NCBI GenBank assembly: GCA_963678065.2
Contig: CAXXVZ010000003.1
Coordinates: 320,001 to 384,000, forward strand
Source of the DNA: Treponemataceae bacterium
Lineage (GTDB): Bacteria; Spirochaetota; Spirochaetia; Treponematales; Rectinemataceae
Reading direction: 5' to 3'
Length of the DNA: 64,000 nucleotides
The notes under the pieces are model-generated. The model did no database searches, was not told where the DNA came from, and saw nothing but the letters and a program-made list of their open reading frames with translations. Shown here one piece after another: positions 20,320 through 30,234 of the stretch (its first letter is position 1; the number at the start of each line of letters is the position of its first letter). Made by a program: the position numbers and the translations under genes.

Positions 20320-21354
20320 ATGCGAAGACTTCTTCTTTCCCTCATCGCCCTGACGCTGCTCGCTCTACCGGTCATGCAAGCAGCTGCAGCGGGCGAATCC
20401 GATTCCAAAACACTTGTCGTGTACACGGCATTGCCCGAGTCCGAACTGCCGACCTACTTCGGCGAGTTCCAGAAAGACACAGGCATAAAGGTCCAGTACG
20501 TACGGCTTTCCGCCGGCGAGGTGCTTGCGCGGGTGAAGGCAGAAAAAGCCAATCCCCAGGCTAGCGTGTGGTATGGGGGCTCCTACGACAACTTCGTCGC
20601 GGCAGCCAAGGATGGCCTGCTTGAGGCCTACCAGTCCCCCGAGCTCAAGAACATCCCAAAAGAGTATTACGACGCCGCTGGCTTCGCGAATCCTTTCTAT
20701 GTGGGCGCGATTTCCTTCGCCTGCAATACGGAGTGGTTCAAGAAAAAGGGGCTGCCATACCCGACATCCTGGAATGACCTGCTCAAGCCCGAATTCAAAG
20801 GGCAGATTTCGATGGCCCATCCCGGGACATCGGGCACTTCCTACACCATACTCGCGACCATCGTGCAGATGCGCGGCGAGGCGGGCGCCTGGGAGTATTT
20901 CAAGGCGCTCAACCAGAATATCCGCCAGTACTCCAAGGCCGGAGCCGCTCCGCCCATGGACGTAGGTCTCGGCGAGGCCGCCATCGGCATCACTTTCTCG
21001 CACGACGGACTCAAGCCTGCCTTCGAGGGATACCCCGTAGCCCTCTCCTTCCCCAAGGACGGCACCGGCTACGAGATCGGCTGCTCAGCCCTCATCAAGG
21101 GCGGCCCCGCGAAGGAACTCGCCAACGCCAAACGCTTCATCGACTGGACGATGAGCAAGCGCGGGCAGGAACTCTTCGAGCCATCCAATTCTTTCCGGCT
21201 CCCGGTGAACCGCCTCGCCAAGCCGCCGAAGGGCGCCATCGACATCGACAGTCTCAAGGTGATCAATTATGACGCTGTCTGGGCGGGTGAGAACCGCAAG
21301 CGCCTCGTCGAAGAATTCACCAAGACCATAGCATCCCAGAACAACCTCAAGTAG
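20320..21354 (+). CDS. ABC substrate-binding protein, Fe3+/AfuA (sugar-phosphate) class
   Basis: Signal peptide; RLSAGEVLARVKAEKANPQASVWYGG, PTSWNDLLKPEFKGQISMAHPGTSGTSY, DGTGYEIG. Start ATG 20320 after GGGAGG. Confidence 0.88.
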   Translation: MRRLLLSLIALTLLALPVMQAAAAGESDSKTLVVYTALPESELPTYFGEFQKDTGIKVQYVRLSAGEVLARVKAEKANPQASVWYGGSYDNFVAAAKDGLLEAYQSPELKNIPKEYYDAAGFANPFYVGAISFACNTEWFKKKGLPYPTSWNDLLKPEFKGQISMAHPGTSGTSYTILATIVQMRGEAGAWEYFKALNQNIRQYSKAGAAPPMDVGLGEAAIGITFSHDGLKPAFEGYPVALSFPKDGTGYEIGCSALIKGGPAKELANAKRFIDWTMSKRGQELFEPSNSFRLPVNRLAKPPKGAIDIDSLKVINYDAVWAGENRKRLVEEFTKTIASQNNLK

Positions 21355-21362
21355 TGCACACC

Positions 21363-21391
21363 CGCGGCGGAAAGACTGTCTTTCCGCCGCG
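21363..21391 (+). other. Intercistronic stem-loop after the SBP gene
   Basis: Perfect inverted repeat CGCGGCGGAAAGAC/GTCTTTCCGCCGCG followed by CACATTTT. Confidence 0.6.
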
Positions 21392-21434
21392 CACATTTTC
21401 CTCAGCCACAAGAGAAAATCTCCAAGGAGCCGCA

Positions 21435-23105
21435 ATGAAGGGTCGAAATTCATCTACGCGCCTTTCTCATCTCGTGCGGGACCCGGTGCTGCTTTTTTTT
21501 GTCGTTCTGGTGTTCGCGGGGCTTGCGCTCTTCGTCGTCCTGCCTCTGTACCGTATTTTCGTCTACGGTGTCACGAACGACGCGGGAAGGCCGGATCTCA
21601 GCGCCGCTTTCGGGATGCTCAGGTCGGGGAGCTACGCGGCGACCTTTCGCAACTCGATGCTGCTCGGCATCGTGACCGCGCTGATCGCCACTGTGGTGGG
21701 CTACATTTTTGCCTACGCGATCACGCGCACTGACATACCGCTCAAGGGATTCTTCAAGGCCATCGCGACAATTCCCATCATTTCGCCGCCCTTCGTCCTT
21801 TCCCTCTCGATGATCTTCCTCTTTGGCCGCAACGGCCTCATCACGAGAAAACTGCTCGGAATCGAGGATGCTAATGTCTACGGCATGCGCAGCCTCGTGA
21901 TCGTCCAGTCGATTTCCTTCTTTCCCATCGCCTATCTGACCCTCACCGGCATTCTGCAGAAGATAAACCCCGCCGTCGAGGATGCCGCATTGAACCTCGG
22001 CGCGTCGAAATGGAGGATATTCCGCACGGTTACCCTTCCGCTTTCGCTGCCAGGGATAGTGAGCGCCCTCCTCCTCGTCTTCATCCAATCTATGGAAGAC
22101 TTCAGCAATCCCGCTGTCATATCGGGAAGCTTCTCGACCCTCGCCGTGGAGGCATACAGGATCATAACCGGCATGTACGACATGCGGGGCGGCTCCCTCA
22201 TGGCCCTCATGCTGCTCGCTCCGACCCTCCTCGCTTTCGCACTCCAGAAGTACTGGCTCTCGGGAAAATCCTTCGTGACCGTGACGGGGAAGCCCAGCCA
22301 GGCCAGGAAGCGCACGGCCGATCCCCGCCTGACCTGGCCGCTCTTCGCTTTCTGCGCGCTCGTGGCCTTCATCGTTCTTCTGTTCTACGGAACCGTCCTC
22401 GTGGGCGCCTTCGTGAAGATATGGGGAATCAACTTCTCCTTCACACTGAACCACTTCAAATATGTCTTTTCGCTCGGTTGGGAGCCATTGCGCAATTCCG
22501 TCACCCTGGCCCTCCTCGCGACGCCGCTCACCGGCCTTTTGGGAATGATCATCGCGTTTCTCGTCGTCCGGAAGGATTTCCCTGGAAAAAGACTCATGGA
22601 GTTCGTGTCCATGCTGACTTTCGCTGTGCCGGGAACCGTGGTCGGGATAGGTTACATTCTGGCCTTCAACCAGAAGCCCCTCCTCCTGACGGGCTCGGCC
22701 TTCATCCTTGTGATGGTTTTTACCTTCCGGAACATGCCTGTCGGCATCGAGGCGGGAACTTCGACCCTTCTCCAGATCGACAGGTCCATCGAGGAAGCTT
22801 CCGCCATTCTCGGCGCCACGAGTGCGGTGACCTTCAGGCGCATCAGTCTGCCCCTCCTCAGGCAGGCATTCTTTTCCGGCCTCGTATACTCCTTCGTGAG
22901 GTCGATGACCGCGGTCAGCGCTGTCATATTCCTCATCTCGCCGCGCTGGAACCTCGCGACGGCCGGCATCTTCTCGCTCTTCGAATCGAGCAAGTATTCC
23001 GACGCGGCGGCGTACATCGTCGTCATGATCGCAATCATCATCGCGGCCATCGGGATACTGAACCTTCTCGTCGGCCTGCTCGGCAAACCCGAGCGCCAGG
23101 CATAG
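21435..23105 (+). CDS. ABC permease, fused two-domain FbpB/AfuB type
   Basis: About 12 TM helices and two EAA loops (VEDAALNLGAS; IEEASAILGAT). Start ATG 21435 after AAGGAG. Confidence 0.9.
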   Translation: MKGRNSSTRLSHLVRDPVLLFFVVLVFAGLALFVVLPLYRIFVYGVTNDAGRPDLSAAFGMLRSGSYAATFRNSMLLGIVTALIATVVGYIFAYAITRTDIPLKGFFKAIATIPIISPPFVLSLSMIFLFGRNGLITRKLLGIEDANVYGMRSLVIVQSISFFPIAYLTLTGILQKINPAVEDAALNLGASKWRIFRTVTLPLSLPGIVSALLLVFIQSMEDFSNPAVISGSFSTLAVEAYRIITGMYDMRGGSLMALMLLAPTLLAFALQKYWLSGKSFVTVTGKPSQARKRTADPRLTWPLFAFCALVAFIVLLFYGTVLVGAFVKIWGINFSFTLNHFKYVFSLGWEPLRNSVTLALLATPLTGLLGMIIAFLVVRKDFPGKRLMEFVSMLTFAVPGTVVGIGYILAFNQKPLLLTGSAFILVMVFTFRNMPVGIEAGTSTLLQIDRSIEEASAILGATSAVTFRRISLPLLRQAFFSGLVYSFVRSMTAVSAVIFLISPRWNLATAGIFSLFESSKYSDAAAYIVVMIAIIIAAIGILNLLVGLLGKPERQA

Positions 23106-23114
23106 GAGGGTATC

Positions 23115-24287
23115 GTGGCAAAATCCGAATTCAGCTCGAAGAGTTCGAGCGTGACGCTGAAAAACCTTACCAAGAAATTCGCGAGCCTCGACGGGTCCGG
23201 CGAGATGACTGCAGTGGACGATGTCAGCCTCGAAATCGGCGACGGAGAACTCGTGACCCTCCTCGGTCCCTCCGGATGCGGCAAAACGACGACTCTGAGG
23301 ATGGTGGCCGGCTTCGAGTTCCCGACCTCGGGTTCCATTTTTATCGGTGGCAAGGATATCGCCCTCGTGCCGCCGAACAAGCGCGGCATATCGATGGTCT
23401 TCCAGAGTTACGCTCTCTTTCCCCACCTCACGATCTACGAGAACGTGGCCTACGGACTCCGGGTGCAGAAGCTGCGCAAGGCCGAGATCGCGGAGCGCAC
23501 CGCGAAGGTCCTCGATCTCATGCAGCTGACATCCATGGCCAAGCGTTTTCCGAGCCAGGTTTCCGGCGGACAGCAGCAGCGCATCGCCCTCGCACGCGCC
23601 GTCGTCATCGAACCGAAGGTGCTCCTGTTCGACGAACCCCTGTCCAATCTCGACGCGAAGCTTCGCGAGTATATGCGCGACGAGCTGCGCAAGCTGCAGA
23701 AGAGACTCGGCATCACGAGCCTTTACGTGACCCACGACCAGGACGAAGCCATGGCCATCTCCGATCGCGTCGTCATCATGGAGGGTGGAAGGATACGGCA
23801 GGCCGGGACGCCGAGGCAGATCTACGAGCATCCCGGCTCGAAATTCGTCGCGAATTTTATGGGAAAGGCGAATTTCATACCGGCACGCTTCGGGGGCATG
23901 GAGGGAGAGGCCGCGCGTGTCGAGGTCTGGGGCCGCGAGATCAGCCTTCCCAGGCCCGGCCTGCCATTCGCCGGGGGCGCGGCGCTTCCCGAATCGGGCG
24001 AAGGACTTTCCCTTGTCGTGAGGCCCGAGGCGGTCAAACTATCCCCGGCGGGGGAGGGAAGCGGGGCGGGGCTCCGCAGGGCTTCCGTGGAGCGGCTCAC
24101 CTATTTCGGCGGCGTCGCCCTGTACGAAGTGAAGGCGGGCGAACTCACGCTGATCGTGGAGAGCTACAATCCCCAGGCGACAGGCGTCTACGAGGAAGGG
24201 ACGGAGGTGGATATTCACTTCGATCTGGATTCCGTGCGGATCCTCCCGGAAACCGATACAAGGAACATCGATGCGCAGCGACCATGA
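23115..24287 (+). CDS. ABC ATP-binding protein (FbpC/PotA/AfuC class)
   Basis: GPSGCGKT, VSGGQQQR, LLFDEPLSNLD, YVTHDQ and C-terminal TOBE. Confidence 0.93.
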   Translation: MAKSEFSSKSSSVTLKNLTKKFASLDGSGEMTAVDDVSLEIGDGELVTLLGPSGCGKTTTLRMVAGFEFPTSGSIFIGGKDIALVPPNKRGISMVFQSYALFPHLTIYENVAYGLRVQKLRKAEIAERTAKVLDLMQLTSMAKRFPSQVSGGQQQRIALARAVVIEPKVLLFDEPLSNLDAKLREYMRDELRKLQKRLGITSLYVTHDQDEAMAISDRVVIMEGGRIRQAGTPRQIYEHPGSKFVANFMGKANFIPARFGGMEGEAARVEVWGREISLPRPGLPFAGGAALPESGEGLSLVVRPEAVKLSPAGEGSGAGLRRASVERLTYFGGVALYEVKAGELTLIVESYNPQATGVYEEGTEVDIHFDLDSVRILPETDTRNIDAQRP

Positions 24288-25158
24288 TTTCGACATCGCC
24301 TTCATAGGCCAGTACACCAAGGATACTATCGTGACGCGGTCCGGAACCCGCCTCGTCGATGGGGGGGCTTATTTCTACGGAGCCTGCGCCTCTCGGCGCA
24401 TGGGACTCCGCGTCGCCGCCGTCACCCGGCTCGCAGCCGCCGATTTTTCGAGTTTCGCGCCCCTTTGCGCCCTGCGCGCCATGATACGCCCCATCCCCAC
24501 CGAGGTATCGACCTGCCTCAAGCTGGACTATCCTACAGACAACCCCGACGACCGGATACTCTCGGTCACGACGGTTGCGGCGTCTTTCGAGCCTGAGGAC
24601 GTGGAGGGCATCGACGCCGCAGCCTGGTCGGTCGGGGCCTCGATCCGCGGCGAGGTGGGACTGCCGGTTCTGAGAGCCATCAAGAAGAGCGGCGCGAGAA
24701 TCGGACTCGACGCACAGGGCTATGTTCGCATCGTGGCGAATGGCTCTTTGGCTTATGACCGCAATTGGCCCGAACGCGAGGAGGTGCTCGGCCTCGTCGA
24801 CGTGTTCAAGGCCGATGTCGTCGAGGCGGAAATCCTGACAGGGACCGGGAACCTGAGGGATGCGGCGCGCATCCTTCTACGCGCAGGAGAGAAGGAACTC
24901 GTTCTCACCCACGGCGACGGAGTCGTGGTCTACGCCGACGGCTCCTTCCACGAAGCGCCCTTCCGCCCCTTGAGCCTCGTCGGCCGGAGCGGGCGGGGAG
25001 ACACCTGCCTCGCGAGCTATATCGCGGCCCGCCAGTCCATGGGCCCCGCCGAAGCGACGCGATGGGCAGCCGCCCTCACCAGTCTCAAGATGGAGACTGT
25101 CGGGCCCTTCTCGGGCAGTCCGGATGATGTCCGTACCGCCCTCAAGGAACGCTACTGA
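24271..25158 (+). CDS. Ribokinase/PfkB family kinase, TM0415-like (probable PPi-dependent inositol kinase) #1
   Basis: LDAQGYVR, FKADVVEAEILTG, EAPF...LVGRSGRGDTC and TSLKME; RxGRGD replaces the usual DTxGAGD. Confidence 0.8.
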   Translation: MRSDHDFDIAFIGQYTKDTIVTRSGTRLVDGGAYFYGACASRRMGLRVAAVTRLAAADFSSFAPLCALRAMIRPIPTEVSTCLKLDYPTDNPDDRILSVTTVAASFEPEDVEGIDAAAWSVGASIRGEVGLPVLRAIKKSGARIGLDAQGYVRIVANGSLAYDRNWPEREEVLGLVDVFKADVVEAEILTGTGNLRDAARILLRAGEKELVLTHGDGVVVYADGSFHEAPFRPLSLVGRSGRGDTCLASYIAARQSMGPAEATRWAAALTSLKMETVGPFSGSPDDVRTALKERY

Positions 25159-25259
25159 GATTTTTTACGGCTCCGAGTAGAGTTATTTAGGTAGGGGGCA
25201 GTCGCTCGGCTGCTTCCGTTGCGATTAATCCTGAAATGAAAAATTTCTTTCTTTTTTGA

Positions 25260-25304
25260 TTGACAACTTGCAAAACTGGATTTAGACTTCCTTAAACGTT
25301 TAAG
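25260..25304 (+). promoter_or_regulatory. Promoter and palindromic LacI-type operator of operon 2
   Basis: TTGACA (25260-25265)-N17-TAGACT (25283-25288), then the perfect 14-bp palindrome CTTAAACGTTTAAG (25291-25304) just before the lacI ATG. Confidence 0.75.
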
Positions 25305-25311
25305 TACTCCA

Positions 25312-26334
25312 ATGAATGCGACCATAAAAACCGTAGCGAAACTTGCCGGCGTCTCACCCGCCGCTGTTTCCAAGGCCCTGAACGGCTACTCCGACATCGG
25401 ACCGGAGACCCGGAAACGGATCGAGGATATCTGTGTCCAGGTGGGCTACACGCGCAACCAGGCGGCAAGAAACCTCGTGACCAGGGCAAGCTCGATGCTC
25501 GGCCTCCTCATTCCGGACATCTCCACGCCCATTTACCCGGAAATTTTCAAAGGATTGGATGCGGAGGCGAAAAGGCGGGGTTTCAACCTTTTTCTCTGCG
25601 ACACCAACCGCAGCGCCGAGTTCGAGAAGGATTACATCCGCATCCTCATGGAAAATCGGGCCTGCGGCATCATCGTGGCGCCGGTGGGCAACGAGGTCGG
25701 ACATATCCTCGACCTGATACGCGGCGTCATCCCGACCATCTTCATAGGCGGCAAGGTGAACGACGACATGGACAACTATGTCGCCACGGACAACAGGCAC
25801 GGTTCGTTCCTGGCCGTGGAGCATCTGACGGGACTCGGCCACCGGGACATCCTCATGATATGCGATAACTACGGCACGAAGACGAAGCAGGACCGTATCG
25901 GCGGATACCGTTCGGCCATGCTGGAGCGGGGACTCGAGCCCCGGATCATCGCGGCGGGAGCGGGGCACGCCGAAGGCCTGGACTATGGCTACGCTTCCGC
26001 CATGTCTCTCGCGGATTCGGGCGAATTGCCCACGGCCATCTACACCTCGAGCGACATGGTCGCTCTCGGCGTCCTGAAAGCCGCGTCGGAGCGGGGCATA
26101 CGGATTCCCCAGGATCTCTCCCTCGTCGGATACGACGACATCATGTTCTGTTCCCTGCCGACCATCATGCTCACGACGATAGCCCAGCCGCGCTACGAGA
26201 TCGGCGTGCAGGCTGTCGAACTCCTGTGCAGGGCCATGCAGGAGAAGGAAGCGGGGATGAAGCACCGCGCGACGGTCCGGCCGCGCCTCGTAGTGCGGAA
26301 CTCAACGACCGCTCTCGAAGAGGAGCACACATGA
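25312..26334 (+). CDS. LacI family transcriptional regulator
   Basis: ATIKTVAKLAGVSPAAVSKALN HTH; IPQDLSLVGYDD; LVVRNST. Confidence 0.92.
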   Translation: MNATIKTVAKLAGVSPAAVSKALNGYSDIGPETRKRIEDICVQVGYTRNQAARNLVTRASSMLGLLIPDISTPIYPEIFKGLDAEAKRRGFNLFLCDTNRSAEFEKDYIRILMENRACGIIVAPVGNEVGHILDLIRGVIPTIFIGGKVNDDMDNYVATDNRHGSFLAVEHLTGLGHRDILMICDNYGTKTKQDRIGGYRSAMLERGLEPRIIAAGAGHAEGLDYGYASAMSLADSGELPTAIYTSSDMVALGVLKAASERGIRIPQDLSLVGYDDIMFCSLPTIMLTTIAQPRYEIGVQAVELLCRAMQEKEAGMKHRATVRPRLVVRNSTTALEEEHT

Positions 26335-27101
26335 CAATCGACACGATCCTGTTCGACATGGGCGGCACGATAGAGGACATACACTTCGATCGTGCCCTGC
26401 GCCTTGAAGCCCTTCCGCTCATTCTCTCCGTCCTGGAGGCCGAAGGCCTCGTCCTCCCCGGCAGTCAGGAATCAATTCTCGAAACAATTCTCGAGCGCAA
26501 TGCCGAGTACAAGGCATGGAGTGAGCGCGAGCTGGTGGAATCTTCCGCTTCCTCGATCTGGAATGACTGGAACCTGCGGGACTATTCTCTTCCCGCCGAC
26601 AGGGTAGCCTCTGTCGCGGAACGCCTCGCATGCCTCTGGGAAACCCGCTTTTTTGACCGGCGGATGCGGCCCGACGCGGTGGATACGCTCGAGGCCCTGC
26701 GCGATCGCGGGTACAGGCTCGGAATAATCAGCAACACCTCTTCCAGGACCCAGGTGTACAAAACCCTCGAGGCCTACGGGATCGCTCGCTTCTTCGAGTG
26801 TGTCGTCCTCTCGAGCGTCGAGGGCATCAGGAAGCCACATCCCGGCATTTTCGAGGCCGCGCTTCGGGCGATGAACTCGCGCGCGGAGAGGACCGCTTAT
26901 GTGGGGGATACCCTTTCACGGGACGTGATCGGCTCAAAACTCGCGGGTTTCGCCCTCGCCTTCCAGATCCGATCCTTTCTGACGGCGCCCAGCGACGCGG
27001 CGATTCCTTCGGGCAGCGCGCGTCCCGACCACCTGGTCTCCAGCCTGAAAGAGACTGTCGGAATACTCGATTCGATCCGATCCGGAGGTGGAGAGCCATG
27101 A
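26331..27101 (+). CDS. HAD family hydrolase (motif I DMGGT)
   Basis: ILFDMGGT, LGIISNT, RKPHPGIF, YVGDTLSRDV. Start ATG 26331 overlaps the lacI stop. Confidence 0.85.
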   Translation: MTIDTILFDMGGTIEDIHFDRALRLEALPLILSVLEAEGLVLPGSQESILETILERNAEYKAWSERELVESSASSIWNDWNLRDYSLPADRVASVAERLACLWETRFFDRRMRPDAVDTLEALRDRGYRLGIISNTSSRTQVYKTLEAYGIARFFECVVLSSVEGIRKPHPGIFEAALRAMNSRAERTAYVGDTLSRDVIGSKLAGFALAFQIRSFLTAPSDAAIPSGSARPDHLVSSLKETVGILDSIRSGGGEP

Positions 27102-28975
27102 GGCCCGAAATAGCCACTCCTGAAGCATCCGGTCCCGGTCCCGGCGGCACGATCGGGCCGGCTGGCCGTCGATCCCGCGGCCTCGAGAGGACGAAAAATA
27201 TCCTCATTTCGGTCATATCGAATCCCTACAATGTAATAAGCCTCGTCTCGGTGATCCTTCTTGTCTATCTCATAATCGTGCCACTCGGCGAGATCGTCTC
27301 GACGACGCTGCGATGGCAGCCGAAGGACATCCGACTCTCCCCCGACGCCGTGCCAGGCCGCCTCACGCTCTACCACTGGAAGGCCATGTTCGCGGGCAAG
27401 ACCGCGGCCGCCATGCTCTACGGCCCCTTGCTCAACTCCCTCGCCGTCTCCCTGTGCGTATCCGTCATATCGCTTCTCACGGGCGGACTCATGGCATGGG
27501 TCGTTACGCGCACGGACATCCCGGCCCGCAAGTTCCTGTCCTTCTCGATCCTCGTTCCCTACATGCTGCCCTCCTGGTACAAGGCATTGGCCTGGATCAC
27601 GGTATTCAAGAACGACCGGATCGGCGGCTATCCCGGCTTCCTGCAGGCCATCTTCGGCATAAACCCTCCCGATTGGCTCTCCTACGGCTTTGTCCCGATC
27701 GTTCTGACGCTCTCCGTGCACTATTATGCCTTCGCCTACCTCTTGATCTCTTCCTCTCTCTCGTCGATAGGCGGCGACCTCGAAGAAATGGGAGAGATCG
27801 CCGGGGCAAACAGATTCCAGATCCTCAAACGCATAACTTTTCCCCTCGTGTTGCCGGCAATTCTTTCGTCGTTCATACTGACCTTCTCCCGGGCCATCGG
27901 AACCTTCGGCGTTCCTGCCTTCCTCGGACTCAAAACCAATTACTACACGATCTCCACCATGCTCTATTCGAGTGTCCGCTCGCGACGAACCGTACAAGCC
28001 TACATCCTTTCCCTGGTTCTCATCGTGATCGCGGTGTTCACCGTCTGGATAAACCAACGCATGATCGGCAAGCGCAAGAGCTACACGACGATCGGCGGAA
28101 AGGGGACGCGAAGGAATCCAATAGCCCTCGGCACGTGGAAAACTCCGATACTCGTCCTCATCCTCTTTTTCATCGGCATGGCAGTCCTCTTTCCTGTCGC
28201 TATCCTCCTTTTCCAGACGTTCATGCTGAAGGACGGAGTTTACAGTTTTTCCAATCTGACCATGCACTACTGGATCGGGGCCTCCGATCCGAAAATATTC
28301 GAGGGCGAGGCAGGCATCTTCCGCAATCCGGCGATCTGGACATCGCTGCTCAATACGATGAAGCTCGTCCTCACCGCCTCCCTCATCGCGACTTTCGTGG
28401 GACTCATCCTCGGCTATGTCATCTCGAGGGGACGGAAAAAACTCTCCGGTCGCGTCATCGAGCAGGTTTCCTTCCTTCCCTACCTGATTCCCTCCATAGC
28501 CTTCGGCGCGATCTACCTCTCCATGTTTTCGGTTCGCCACCTCTTCATCCCCGCCCTCTACGGAACCATGGCCCTTCTCGTCATCATCAGCGTCGTCAAG
28601 TATCTGCCCTTTTCGACCCGTTCGGGGACCAGCAACATGATGCAGATCGGCAACGAACTCGAGGAAGCGGCCATGATCGAGGGTGCATCCTTCTTCAAGC
28701 GCTTCATGCGCATCATCATGCCTCTCGCCGGAAAGGGCTTCATGAGCGGCTTCATTCTCATCTTCATCAGCGCCATGAAGGAGCTCGACCTCGTCGTCCT
28801 CCTCATGACGCCCTCCACCTCGACGCTCGCGGCGATGACCTATTCCTACGCCGAGTCCGGATTCCACCAATTCTCGGACGCCCTCATCACCGTCATCGTG
28901 CTCATCATAATGGCTGTCTACTTCGTCTCGGCCAAGATCGGAAACGTCGACATGTCCAAAGGCCTGGGAGGCTGA
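27098..28975 (+). CDS. ABC permease, fused two-domain Fe3+/AfuB class
   Basis: Multi-TM protein with two EAA loops (LEEMGEIAGAN; LEEAAMIEGAS). Start ATG 27098 overlaps the HAD stop. Confidence 0.9.
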   Translation: MRPEIATPEASGPGPGGTIGPAGRRSRGLERTKNILISVISNPYNVISLVSVILLVYLIIVPLGEIVSTTLRWQPKDIRLSPDAVPGRLTLYHWKAMFAGKTAAAMLYGPLLNSLAVSLCVSVISLLTGGLMAWVVTRTDIPARKFLSFSILVPYMLPSWYKALAWITVFKNDRIGGYPGFLQAIFGINPPDWLSYGFVPIVLTLSVHYYAFAYLLISSSLSSIGGDLEEMGEIAGANRFQILKRITFPLVLPAILSSFILTFSRAIGTFGVPAFLGLKTNYYTISTMLYSSVRSRRTVQAYILSLVLIVIAVFTVWINQRMIGKRKSYTTIGGKGTRRNPIALGTWKTPILVLILFFIGMAVLFPVAILLFQTFMLKDGVYSFSNLTMHYWIGASDPKIFEGEAGIFRNPAIWTSLLNTMKLVLTASLIATFVGLILGYVISRGRKKLSGRVIEQVSFLPYLIPSIAFGAIYLSMFSVRHLFIPALYGTMALLVIISVVKYLPFSTRSGTSNMMQIGNELEEAAMIEGASFFKRFMRIIMPLAGKGFMSGFILIFISAMKELDLVVLLMTPSTSTLAAMTYSYAESGFHQFSDALITVIVLIIMAVYFVSAKIGNVDMSKGLGG

Positions 28976-28977
28976 CC

Positions 28978-30174
28978 ATGAGTCGCATAGAGCTGCGCGG
29001 CATCAACAAATATTACGGCGACGTCCACGTTCTCAAGGATCTCGACCTGACCGTCGGGGATGGGGAGTTCATGACCCTCCTCGGTCCCTCGGGTTGCGGG
29101 AAAACGACGACGCTCCGTGTCATCGCCGGCCTCGAGGCGCCGCGAAGGGGAACGCTCACTATCGACGGGACAGTGGCCGCCGACGGGGAGGCCCTGTACA
29201 ACATGCCTCCCGCGAAGCGCGGCGTGAATCTCGTTTTCCAGAGCTACGCGCTGTGGCCGCACATGACTGTTGCGGAGAATGTCGCCTTCGGCCTCGCCAT
29301 CCGCAAGACCCCGAAGGCCGAGATGGCCGCCCTCGTCGAGGCTGCCCTGAAACGGATGCGCATCGACGAGTACTCAGGGCGCTATCCCTCCGAGCTCTCC
29401 GGCGGACAGCAGCAGCGCGTGGCCATAGCGCGCTCCATCGTTTCGAAGCCGCGCATCCTCCTTCTTGACGAGCCGCTGTCCAATCTGGATGCCAAGCTGC
29501 GCGTCGAGATGCGCTCGGAGCTGAAACGCCTCCACAGCGAGCTCAAAACGACGGTCATCTATGTCACCCACGATCAGGTGGAGGCCCTGACCATGTCGAC
29601 GAAGATTGCCGTCTTCTTCGAGGGAAGGCTCGTACAGGCCGACACGCCCAAGGGCATCTACAACAACCCGGCCGATATCCGCGTCGCCGACTTCATCGGG
29701 AATCCATCTATCAATTTCATACCCTGCGAGACGAAGGTCGACGGCGACAGCCTGGTCGCGGATTCCGAGCTCGGTCGCCTCGTTCTTTCCAGGATCGCGG
29801 CGCGCAACTCGGGACTCTGTGCCGGCGGAGTATCTGCCGAGGCTCGCTCTGGCGCGCCAGACAGCGGCGGAGGGGTGGCCTCTTGCGGCAAAGCGGAACT
29901 TTCCGGCAAGGCGACGCTCGCGATCCGCCCCGAACACGTCGCAGTCCTGCGCGAACCCGCTCCCGGCGCGATCGAGGGGCGGATCTATTCGGCCATGCCT
30001 GCGGGTTCGGAGACACTCATCCACACCGCGGTGCGCGGCTGCACCATCCTTGCGAAGGTGATCGGGCAGGAAGAGTATTCCTGCGACCAGAAAGTCTGGC
30101 TCAGCCTGCAGACGGACAGGATCAATGTCTACGGCGTGGAGTCGGGAAAACTCATTCTCGGAGCGATGGCCTGA
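28978..30174 (+). CDS. ABC ATP-binding protein
   Basis: Real gene is the C-terminal part of track ORF 27313..30174, starting MSRIELRG: GPSGCGKT, LSGGQQQR, LLLDEPLSNLD. Confidence 0.92.
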   Translation: MSRIELRGINKYYGDVHVLKDLDLTVGDGEFMTLLGPSGCGKTTTLRVIAGLEAPRRGTLTIDGTVAADGEALYNMPPAKRGVNLVFQSYALWPHMTVAENVAFGLAIRKTPKAEMAALVEAALKRMRIDEYSGRYPSELSGGQQQRVAIARSIVSKPRILLLDEPLSNLDAKLRVEMRSELKRLHSELKTTVIYVTHDQVEALTMSTKIAVFFEGRLVQADTPKGIYNNPADIRVADFIGNPSINFIPCETKVDGDSLVADSELGRLVLSRIAARNSGLCAGGVSAEARSGAPDSGGGVASCGKAELSGKATLAIRPEHVAVLREPAPGAIEGRIYSAMPAGSETLIHTAVRGCTILAKVIGQEEYSCDQKVWLSLQTDRINVYGVESGKLILGAMA

Positions 30175-30234
30175 TTCCTCAAGGCCACGATCATATGTCC
30201 GACCCGGGAAGGCCGGGCGCCATGGAGGCATGAG

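Noticed and set aside
21450..23831. Long antisense or alternative-frame ORFs (also 6129-7451, 7715-9484, 13056-14600, 22010-24307, 26897-28870, 47984-49381, 54043-56256)
   Set aside because: They overlap well-supported genes and have no recognisable motifs; they are the expected shadows in GC-rich DNA.
18825..25245. Recurrent TGAAAT(GAA) words near 18826, 18856, 19026, 20253 and 25232 as RpiR sites
   Set aside because: Short AT-rich words in AT-rich intergenic DNA with no consistent palindrome; cannot be supported by eye.
27313..28977. Apparent 953-aa fusion ORF ending in an ABC ATPase
   Set aside because: The N-terminal 555 codons are an Arg/Pro-rich off-frame read of the permease gene; the ATPase starts at 28978.
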